A stretch of DNA of 51,712 nt. Origin: Phoronis australis. Lineage: Eukaryota; Animalia; Phoronida. Shown piece by piece: positions 22,701-34,700 of the stretch (the stretch's first letter is position 1; the number at the start of each line of letters is the position of its first letter). The stretch covers positions 1 to 51,712 of the forward strand of contig NMRA01001127.1 of assembly GCA_002633005.1 (NCBI GenBank). The letters are read 5' to 3'. Position numbers and translations under genes: made by a program. The notes beneath the pieces are model-generated. The model saw nothing but the letters and a program-made list of their open reading frames with translations. It made no database searches and was not told the origin of the DNA.

Positions 22701-25700
22701 CAGACAAGAAAGACGTTTCCAATATTGCGGTCATTTTTTGAGTCGGACCCTTGAGGGAGGAGAGATAGGGAAAGACCACATGGGTAGGCAGTAACTCAGT
22801 GTCACAACCCTTATCCATCTTCAACAGTCACAAAATGAATGCTCCTTGCTCACATTCTATGTCTCTACTTCAAACATCAATCCTAACAACACTGTTGGAA
22901 GGTAAATACAACTTTATGACTGTGCGCCTCAGTGCTATCACGCCTCAGTGCTATCACGTTGGTTTAAATCAGTCGACAGTTATCTAGTTCAACTCAACTG
23001 CATCATCACAGCACCACCAGTTCCACCTCAAAAACCACAGGCGACCAGTTCAATTGTCAAGTTTCAAAACACATCAAATGAAGTTGTAGTCAAAACACAG
23101 CCAGCGTGTCTGAAGACACAGAGAGGAATTCATGCCACATTTACAGGCAGTGTTTAATGTAGTACAAGAGGCTTGATCCTGAGAATAGCTTCGCCAGCCA
23201 ATAACAAAGCCCGACAGCAATCCCTGGAATCCATAACTCCCATTTATCTGTGAATGAGAACTCTGCACTGCCTAGCACACCAGTGAGTCAACAAATAGCT
23301 TCACACTCACAGCAATATCAAACAGTAATCCATCATTGTTACTTGACTAGTGAATCCACAACTCTCCAAAGCACTGAGGCACATAACATTGAGAGAAGTT
23401 ATCCTAACAGGACTGCTAACACAAACAATCTGTGCCCCAGGACACCTCCTGGCCAAGTCCAGCCACCACCACCCTGCCTTGACTGTGAACTTCATCATAG
23501 ATCATTATAGATCAACCTGGTTGTGATTTGAGGTCACTCGACCAAACCATGCTGAAGCTGTGTCTAATTTCCCCACCAAAGATTCAGCCGGCTTGTCATT
23601 ATTGCCTCAACTGCGTTTAATTCCTAGATATGGCCAGACAACATATGTAACTTAACAAGAACAACTGTCGTCTAGATTTATAGAATTACAAATTCCCAGG
23701 AGAGAATTAACTTAAGGCTTGATTTAATAAATTGGGCTTACACTAATATTAAGTAATTGAGTTTAAGAGTTATTTCATGTCATAATTCCACGGTAAAAGG
23801 CACAAATGACATTTGCTCACAGCCAGTCAAATTTGTAAGCAGAGGGAGTGGAGGGAGGCAGGAGGGGGTGGTGAGGGACAGTGAGAGGGCAGGGAGGCAG
23901 GAGGGGGTGGTGAGGGACAGTGAGAGGGCAGGGAAAGGAGCATAGAACGGGGAATGGATAAGGTGAGAGGAGAAAAGGCAATGACGTATGCTTTGAATCC
24001 TTGGAAGTATTTTCATCAACGCATTTTATAAGTCACTTTTATCATAATGCCAAGATTTCCTTCCATGATTCCAAACATTAGTTTACATATGTCAGTAGTT
24101 TCAGTAATAACACTCATAGAAATAAAACATGACATTCAGCTGGGTGACTCAATATGCAGATTGTTTCCATGGCAACAACCAATTCTTAAAAATTGTTACA
24201 TTCTGGCACATAACAAAACACTGAACACCACTATTGCAGACTATTCCACTATTCTGACTTACCCTACTCTGCTTCCTGTCTAAGTAGAACTGATGCTGAC
24301 ATACTGCCATGGACCAGATACATTTGGTGAGCTGAGGGGTGACAGCTAGCCAGGCAAACACAGACACATTACTGGGACCAAACGTTCGTCTACTGACAGA
24401 GACCCTGAAAGAAAAGGCGCAGAATTCGTTCACATATGTCAGGCTCATCACTAAAAAGTTGGCACTGATTATCAACAAAAACTCCTGATTAACTTTCTTT
24501 CTTGTTTGCAGGAAAGGAACACAGCCTCAAAAGAGTGTACTGACTATCAACAACTCTTGATTAACTTTCTCGGTGTTTAAAGGAAAGGAACATATCCTCT
24601 AAATGTTCAATAAGATACACAAGACGCCTGCCACTCAGGAACACTGATAAAGTCAACAGGCCAACACCTTCAGAAGCCTTTGCCCTGATGTGTTGACAGA
24701 AACAGGATTTTTTTTTGCCACATTACCGCAATATCCCAGTTTCGACTGAATTGGAATCCAGTGCTCAGATTTTTAGATTCCATTTGAAATATACATTAAC
24801 AGACACATTAACACTGGTGTTGCAATAACTGCACCACTTATTCATAACCATGCAATACTCTACAGAACACTTGCAAAGTACATGTACACACAAAAAGCAA
24901 TTAACACAGTCTCGGAAATCTTCAACTTAAGCAAAACATTTGAAACTATGTGTATGACAGACTTTTCATTGAAGATTAGTTTGAATTTTGACCATAAAAA
25001 GTCCTATTCTAAATTCCTTAGAAAAGAGTCGTACAAAATCCAACGCTCTAAAAAACGAGAGCGCTCGGAGGAGCGACACTTGGCGGAACTAATCGAAAAG
25101 ACGACAATGAGGGAGACGACGACAATCAAGACGATCAAGGCGGCAATAATGAATAACACGTTAACATTCATGTGAGTTGCGAAGAAATCAAATAGAGAGC
25201 ATACAATCAACTACAATAAAGAACAATAGATGGCGCAACATGACGGACGAGCCGTGCTTTACAGTACGACAGTGCTGGCTGGGTCAGTCTGGGTCAACTA
25301 GGCATAACCAAGACGGACGAGCCATGCTGTACAGTACGACAGTGCTGGCTGGGTCAGTCTGGGTCAACTAGGCATAACCAAAACAAAGTGAACTGAAAGC
25401 CAGCCACCTGCGCGCTNGAACGGCTGATACGAATACAGCATAACAATGAACGGCTGATACGAATACAGCATAACAAAGAAGACGTGTACGTCACTGCACT
25501 GGCATGCAACTGAGAATTTTTATTTACACCTTACGCCAGGTGTGCAACCACACAGCGATTAAAAGTGGCACACGTTACCCTAGAACCCTTACCTCACTAA
25601 GGAGGATTGAGTTGTCACAAATGGGCAAGTAACACTACTTAAAATAGCATCCAGAAAAATCACAACTCTAGCGACAAAGCCGGCAATTCGATCCAGGAGT

Positions 25701-28700
25701 ATGATTTGTTTTCGTGGTACGTAAATTTGAGTGTGGATGGCGCTTAAGCAACATACCTTAACAAAGTCTGAACAAAGGCACAATACACAGAAACTTCCAC
25801 TAACTTTCACTCTATCAGAACATCCAGTCGCAAAAGCTTAAATCAGTGATCATGTACGCTTACACATCCTACACTCAATACTCAGTGACTGAAGCAGACA
25901 CACCAAGGTGGAAAGAAGACACGATTCGCCTTATGCAAATCAATCGGTTTCACAAAGTGTTTCGCAAACACTCAAGAAAGCAAATACAAGGATTTAATTA
26001 ATATAGCTCCAACCAGATGGGAGACTCATTTGTACGCACTGACATCTATAATACACGCGCAGTCAAACTCTTGTTTTTCGTCTATGTACGGTGAACAGCA
26101 TAGCAAAGAAGTGAAATTAATTTGTCATTTTTGTCAGCAAAAATCAGCTAATATCAACCAAAAACCATTGAAATTCTGAACACGCTAAAAGTGAGTGAGC
26201 TTTTGAGAAGTAGGAAAATGATAACTCTGGCAGGGATATTTTTGGTTGAATCTGAAAACGCTTATCTGCGAGAGTTTAGTGAAAACAAGACAAAGGGACA
26301 CGATTGGCATTACATGACTATTGTAGGCACAGTCTTCAACAATAACAGAACACGGATGGAATTCGCTGAGTCTGACTTTCTGTATGGAATTACAGATTTC
26401 GAACAGAATTACAGAATTCAGCCACAGATACCATGATTCTATTTATCTTGGTTTATAATTATCAAGATATTAAGACCACAATTCATCAAATTCAACATAT
26501 TCTGGCTACAAATTAATCAGTTATTAAAGCAGACATGTTGTAGTCGCAGTTCATTCTTAGCGAAGGTGTCGTTGATCTCTTTCCCGTTTTAAGATTAAAG
26601 AAACAACAAGCAAGGCGCGCAGCAAGGTATCAGTAAAACGGAGCTGCAGCATGTAAATTCGATAGCAAAAATAAGGCGATTCTTACACTGCTCTTATGTT
26701 CTTCATTACTTACAGAAATAGTAAAATGAAATTTGATAATTTATGAAATAAATATGAAAAAACAGATTTTCCTTGCTAATCGGATTTTTCTGTTTTCGAA
26801 AACGGAAAACTAGGGTCTCCACAACTGAAAACGAATACTCACAGACTGACCTAGCAGCAGTCTCTCAACTGAACCTACTAAGAATGCAAAGCCAAGGCCT
26901 ATGGTCACATCAATATATCATGGCTAGGTCTTATCACACACTCCTCCTCTTGAGATAACACACATTCTGATAGTCATGACTCACCCATTGTTCAGCCATC
27001 ATATTTACAATCCATTGCTACCAATTGACCATTGTTTTGAGTTGTAAAGTATAAACTTGAGGAGGAATGCAGTGCTTAACAAACATATCACACTACAATC
27101 CTAACCTAATAATCTGAAAAAGATCCATAAAATCGCAACAAGAGATTTTAACTGATTGATTCTTTCCTACTTCAGAGACTAACAATTACGAAACACGCAA
27201 AATATAGTGTCGCTCTCATGTGAAATTCAATGGAAGTAAACCCATAAATTTTTCGGCTAAAATTTCAATAAGAATTTTTTGAATCATGACATCCGTTTTC
27301 TGGATCTAGCCAAATTTGCTTTGACGAATAACAGGAAACTTTATTCATGGTAATGAGTTACCACACATTGTTTACTCAATTAAGAGTAGTACAGTGTCCC
27401 TGTCAGCCAGCAGGAGCGACAAAAACAGTGGTATTCCAGCATTCAGTAAGAATCCTTGGGGACACAGCTATTTGTAGCATGAATCCTGTTAATATTTTTC
27501 TGAAATGTTTCTGAGATTTTAAAATACGTGGGAACACAACTCTTAACAATCTGGACAGGTTTATTGACCAAGGTAGAAATCAGTTTTAATTATCAGTTAA
27601 GTACAGATCAGCAAGGACCGGACTAAAAACTATCAAGCAATATTTTTATATTAAGGATATCTTCAACCTTATTCAAAAAATGGCCAATTTTACAATATTT
27701 CAGTTTGTTTAGCAAAAATACCTTATCTTCATTCTCGGGGGAACTACACATACAAAATATATACCGCGAGAAAAAAAGATTTAACAGAAGCACTTTGGAA
27801 CCACACAACCGCCTGGATATTTGTTAACTACTTATCCAAGGTCAAAGGTTAATGGCCTTTCAATTAAATCGAATCTCCCGCCAGGTACAGAACAGTTTCG
27901 TATACCCTCAGTCCTTTCATTCACAAAGTTGCCATAACATTGACCCAACGATACAACGGCGTCGGGAAAAACAATGACAAAATGTAGTTTTGACCCTAAG
28001 TGAGTTGTGCGTCTACATGCATACGACCGTTGGCGTTGAAAACGAATGCTACTAGTCGTCTCAGGCCTCTATGGTCATGAACACAGAAAGTTGTGAAAAG
28101 AGATAAATCCTCACCCCAATTCCTTAATTCAATTAATAAGTTGACATTTCGATGTTTCGATCTCATGCTAAAAACATACTTTAACCACCGATTCCATTTT
28201 TGTAATCCATTTCTTACTTGGTTTCGTATCAGTCTCCCAACACATGACATGTACAGGCTATGAACTGTGACCTACTTAGAAAGTAGGTCGTAAATATTAA
28301 TAAAAGTTGGCAGGGAACAATACCTCTATTTGAGGTTTTAATGATGATTAAGTTAGTTAAGCACTGCAAAATCAGTTGACATTGCTCGAGTGAACATTGA
28401 AATAGTTAACATACTTAAGGATTGTATAGGTTATGTGTACCAAAAACAAATTTTTATTGAATAATTACCCGAAGATTTTGAGATTTTCACTTGTCCCAGT
28501 TTAATTTCGGATGCGGCAAATCAGCTTTATTTAAACTTAGGAACACTAGTTCTAAAACGGCTGGATGGATTTCGCTGAAATTTCCAAACTTAATATTTAG
28601 TCATCAATCTCAAAAACGTTGTTAGGATTTTTGACATAAAGGCCTAGTTTTTGCGTAATTACAAAAATACCTTACGTTGCAAGTTGATTTGTCATAGAAA

Positions 28701-31700
28701 CCGAACGAACAAACTAATCAAAAAATTCCTTAGAGCATTTTTGGGGTAACTGGTGAAGTTTTCATTTAAAAAAGATTTCATTAAAATCGACTGAGGGGTT
28801 ATTTTGCTATGAATGTACCTTTCTTAATAATGAAACTTTGACTTAAAAAAGGTTTTTACATAAAAATAATAATGGAACATCAATACAAAAAGTATATTTA
28901 CATTTCTTGGTCTTTGTTCTTTCTGAATCAGAAAATATTTACTTTCATTCGTTGAAAAAGCTTAGTTTTTTTGATATAAGAGCTAGAATGGAGGCCAATA
29001 AACAAGGTAATTTTGATGCTTAGCTATTTAATCTGGGTTGTCTCTACAGTGTAAAACACCAGTCTACCAGGAGGATCAGGTAGAAATGTATGCATTATAG
29101 ATAGCAAAAACTTTGGCGTAAAGAGTGTTTGAAAAATGAACTAACTCCATTAAATCCGTAGGTTAGTAAACTTGAATTTTTAAAGTCTCCGCTCTAATTC
29201 TTTGCCAACACACTCACAATTGCAAGTTGGTGCAAACGCATAACTGATTGTGCGCGCAAATGTTTGGGTGCCTAATGGTCGGATATAACATGCCCAAATT
29301 TTGAGAACCAGTTTTCTGCACTGAATAACTGGCATCAAACTGGTTCTCAAATACAGTCATGTTATATCCAACTAATGCCGTTCGGGTGCTTTGAATAAAA
29401 CAACTATAGAAGTCTGCGAAGTCTGAGATAAAACAAAAGAACTATGGAACTATGAAAGTACATAAATAAGACAAGAATGGGTAAAATTACACAAAATTGA
29501 ATGCATAAATTGAAATTAAGAAACAAAATACATCTATTTTAATTGCTAGAACCCTGCACAATCTTTTTCTCTTTCTGATGGAAAACATTTTCTATCCTGT
29601 TATGAAAACATTCTAGACATAGTAGACACACGTGGTTAAGTAACCTGGCTTGTAATTTGGACTTAATAAGCAAACGAGTAGGACAGGACGGAAATGTGCA
29701 AGATATTTAGTTTCAGAAAAATCGGTAACCAAAACAAAGAAAAAGAAACACATATGGTTGACCTCAAACACAGTTACAGTAAAAACTCTCCAGATTGGTA
29801 CAGTCTCTGAAATTTGGGACACTGGAATTAGAGCTGAAATTGAATTTTCTTGATTCTGAAGATTGGGACACGGGCGAGCTTGACGTCAGATCTATGACAA
29901 ACTACAGATGACTCAAGTTGCAGAGGAAGTGGTTTTAGAAACCTTTCTTCTCAACAAATAATTATTTATCATTTCTTAAAGTTCTAGTTGTGGTTTCAGT
30001 TTCATCAGAGTCATCACCAAGTGCTAGAACATCTTTTCCCTGTCATAATCAAGTGTGAGATAATGAATACCAATTAGTTATTGACATACTCTGCTAAACA
30101 TGTACTGAGACTACATTGATAAATGCTGTGACACCAGATGGCAACACATTATATGGTGAGCAAACATCCAGCACCACCTACTGCTTGTGTAGTGTGGATG
30201 AACACTGAAGCAGTGGGGTATTGCAGCGTTTTCTTAACTCTGCGATCATCACGACATTAAAATACCATTGCTGTGTGGTGGCACGCTCTTAAACACGACA
30301 ACCAGCAATGCAAATATAATGTCCCAAAATTTGTGTGAACGAAAGGCTCCGGTATGCACACTGACCAACTGGAAAAAGCTAATCTGCAAACTAGAAAGTG
30401 CCCTTCGTAATGAGATATGTCTTGATTTTTGTGAAAATCAATAGGTATTTTAAAATGCACTACATGGTATAAAACCTACAACATCACAACAAGACCAAGA
30501 AGGGGAATCTCTCTAAAGACTAAAGATAAAACACTCAGAAATTTCGGACAAAAAAATTGACAAAATTACGATTTTCTCATATTTGAAGGTCTTCTCACAC
30601 TGTTGCCAATGCCCCAAATTTTGTCAGATGACAACTATGGTACAGTACTTCAGTGTCAATTCATTGCTCGATTATCCTTGACACCTGGTAAGATTTCACC
30701 ACAGTGCGTGTTCAACCATGTAAGAGGAGGCAGTGCAACCTAGTGGGATAATTGTCGCTTCCTTTGCTCAAGGTCGTGGGTTCGAGTCCTACTGGGGCAC
30801 ACTGTTAGACCGACCCATGAGTCAGGTCTACAGCTCCTCAGCTCAGTTTTAACTATACATTAATAGAGCATAAAAATGGTTCCAGGTGATCAGTGGAAAG
30901 GTCCCAGCTGAGAGGCCAACGCATGACTGGTGCAACGTGTACTAGACCGCCTGCAATTACTTTTTAACCATGCGACAAATGAGGAGGAGGCTTAGACAGG
31001 GAATCTCTCCTGAAAATCAAGGCTATCCCTACATGCGAAAACCCCAAGGAGGCTTAAAGTGAGAATTTCCTGTATAATGTTCGACTAAATCATTAAACAA
31101 CAAGCCCCAGGCTAATAAGGAACTCTTAATGATGTAGAGATCTCAACCAAGCAGAATTTATCTTCCACATGTCTAGCTTGTTCCTGGGGGGGGGGGTACT
31201 TTCATTGGAGAGGTATACAAGCATGCCTCTCAGGAGGGCGTCGTTTCCATAACTAGTTTCCTTACAAAAGGACACCTTGTCTGACAACTCCAAACACAAA
31301 GGTTCACTTTGGGAGTCGGGAAGCTCCACGAAAGGTTTTTCCAACAACACCAAAACTACAGAGGGCATTTCAATATTATCTATAATTCAAACACTTTTGC
31401 TGCAAATAATTTACTCAATTTTTGACAACATGGCCATATTCTTGTGCTGTTGCGTGTGTAATGGGTTGAAAATCCTGCTGTTCAAAAATCCCTTCAAAGG
31501 GAGTTGTTTCTCAAACAAAATACTACGAAACCGTGATTTTTCATGGGAGCTTCCCGCAAATGGATTCCCTTTGTATGAGACGAGTCCACCGGTCCACTCT
31601 CTTAATGAGTGCACCAACCCTCCATCAAAACAATAGTTGATCAAAAATATAGTTCAACCCCACCCCAAGTTGTCCCTAAATACATGGTGACTCCAGGGAA

Positions 31701-34700
31701 GATGAGATAAGGGATTCTTCCCATGACTTTAATGAATAACATGACAGGGAAGTTCAAAGAGAAATCGCTGCTCTGAAAATTGACAAAGGCCTGGCAGACT
31801 AGGACGAAAACGTCTGCTACCATCTATCAACTTCAGCATCTCAGTAAGGGATTTCACTATATTTACCAGAGTCTCTATCTAGGAAGTGCAAAGGAGAAAT
31901 TCAGTTTAACAATGTTCCATGGCAACAAAACAAAAATCCTCATTAGCACAATGTCTCAAGCTCCCTACCAAGTGGTGTACAGTCTACGTTGTTGAATGGT
32001 ACCACTCCCTAAAGTTCAGGGCTTGATAACAACATGATCCCTTTACCCGAAGCATGCGTTAAACCAGCTTGAAATTATCATAAACAGGACACAAAACAAG
32101 GACAAGTTTAAACACACAAAACAAACAAAAGCCAGCAGCATAATGCAGTAACATGGACATTTACATCAGCGACCCTGCAACTATGGTGATGACCAGCTAC
32201 TGATAAATAATGACTGAACGTCTTTTGCTGGCAGACTATTAAGTCCTGCTATTTCAACCTAGAATGGACGAGTGACAGTCGCAGAGAACCAACCAACAAC
32301 AGCACCCCGAAGATCTCTCCTACTTAATAGGTGAGGAAGGGAGAGCCGGTGGCGATCAAAATCCCGACCAACAGAGTACCTGGGCAATCATGGAAACGGT
32401 TACCACTACAAGACCAAGATTAAATATCTGTTCCCCAAGTTGCCGCAAAACGTTAATTTCTCACCTGCGACAACCTCGCAATGACAAACGAGTCGCTCAT
32501 GTCAATTCTGTGAAGCCAAGCTACTTATATCTATATAAAGCCTTCCTGTGGGAGAATACCCGACAAATATACATGACGCACAACATTACACTATATATGG
32601 CAATACTGCTAGTCAAGATCTGTACAAGGACACTTACTGTGTAGACGGGTCAGAGATGGCGTCGGAGAGATCGTCAAACTCATCGAGAGGCTCCTGTATG
32701 GCGTCCTCGTACAAGTTAAAACTGCTGAGGGACTGTACGATACTGCACACACAAACAGACACACATGTACCAGCCACCAGAGGGAGCAGTCTGCTGTCAA
32801 TCACGCCCCCACATACACAAGTTAGGCGACAGTGAAAGAGATTTTGAGACGATTTCAGCTTCATTTTGAACTTTTTTTCTAAAGCAAACTAGTCAAAACT
32901 TAATATCATATGGTGGGGTTATATGTGACAAGAAATAAACAAAATTAAAGAATTTTTAAGCTTAATGTAATTTTTTTAATTTCAGCTGGAGCACCAAACA
33001 CAGTCATCTTATTTGAATGATAATCAACTCTAACATTTGATAGTAAAAAAATCAAATCTATTCACATGTGTCCATTAATACAAAGAATCCCTTTTAGTGA
33101 TATCTTTCAAATGAGGAGACACTTTCTCGGGATAAAACAAAGAAAGGGTATCTTTCATTGAGAAACTTAGCTTCAGACTACTTTTTCTTAAAAGAGAACA
33201 TTCATCAATTTGAATGCTGGTGCTCAAATATAATGATCTGTCAAAGTTATGAAAAATAACATCTAATTAAAAATGAGAAATTTACATAAATGGTTTCACC
33301 ACACCAACAAAAGAGGATGGGATACTGTTGCATCGACTTTCATTAGCGTGCATTTTTGACACAGGTGACTGACAGCAGACTGTTACCCTTAGTAACTGTT
33401 ACTATGGAAGCACCTGCATTAATTATAGTCAGCAAAACATAATAAATAATAGATAAGAGACAATAAATTACTCTAAATAAAAATATCATTAATGATAAAA
33501 CTGATGTTAGAGAATTCTAGAAACAATGACGTAACACGTGCAATTGCTGATAAAAACGGCAAGATTTTGAGACTATGTCTAGACCGAGCAGGAAAGGTTT
33601 GATACGCTAAATTCAACATCATTAAACTATAAAGTCAAGACCACTGTCAAAGAAATGCTGGTTATCGCAAGAAAAACGTGCTGAACCAAAATGGAGGTGC
33701 CTCCGAAGCCATTCATAACTATGCCAGAGGGAGAAGGGCTTGAAAACAGTGCTCCTTAACTCAAACGGGTTGTGCTGACTTAAGCAAATGGATGGTAACT
33801 GAAAAATGTGTATGACGGGAGGGGTGCGACCAGTGACCAAGTCGCATCATTTCAGTTTCACAGCACCTTAACAACAGTCACCTCGCTTCTCAGTCGCTTT
33901 GCAACCGTCGGACTATCAAAAAGGTTCCAATTTTCAGCTGGAAAGTGCACAACCAAACCGTTTGAAAATAAGCTAAGCGTGTTAACTTGTACCATACCCA
34001 AAGAGAATACGTTACCACGGATATGTAATCTGTTCGGAATCTGACAAAAGCTAAAGTAAAGAGAACTAGCATAAAGGTCAAAGGTCAGAAGCCAGATTAG
34101 CGACACTGAACATATTTTGCTTGAATGCGGAGAAATGTGGAAAGAATAAGGCAAGAAAAGACATGCCAGAGGTTTGTGGCGAGGGAGACACCTCAGCTAG
34201 TGACGGGACAAGTCTGTCCACGAATACTCACCGTTTTGGGTCATGGTACTCAATGGAGAACTTCCGGTCACGGAAATACAAGTTTTCCAACTGTCTCCAC
34301 GGAAACACCTAAAAAAGTGGAAGTGCAATTGACAGCTGGGCAAAATGAAAGTTACATAGTTACGATCTAATCGCTAATCACTACTAATATCTTGACTTAT
34401 GAGTAAGACGAGAACCAGTTAAAAACTTTGCCTCATGAGATGCGATTGCAGAAGTTTAGTTTTCACTTTAGCACAAAAGCTACAAACATGAAATTCAGAC
34501 AAAGAAAGCATTAATGAAGAAGATGTGATCTATCAAGCCGTCTGCTTCAACACAGCAGATAAAAAAATTAAATTTAAAGCAATTATGAACCCGCTTTCTG
34601 TCACAGAAATCAGCTTTTGATTTGGATCATTTGTGAATATAAGCCTTGGTTCCAAGAAAACTTACTTAGCTAAGACAAATCTTAAATTTCAGCCAGTTTT

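Larger units (their letters stand above)
25479..31573 (+). repeat. Copy 1 of a dispersed ~6-kb duplication (FRMD4 intron 11)
   Basis: Collinear with 47175-51712, starting at aagacgtgta..ctgcactggcatgcaactgag; shared track ORFs (MSQISETVPIWRV..., VLVLLEKPFVELPD...). Confidence 0.92.

Noticed and set aside
30726-30800. tRNA gene
   Set aside because: Only A/B boxes are present; no convincing cloverleaf, and it continues into a SINE body and tail.
31126-31644. Possible pogo/DDE_1 transposase remnant on minus
   Set aside because: Only a vague NPF-like resemblance; no catalytic motifs recognised and frames are broken in both copies.
33858-34154. 98-aa ORF or alternative FRMD4 exon near 34043
   Set aside because: No recognisable homology, and no phase-compatible internal exon could be built.
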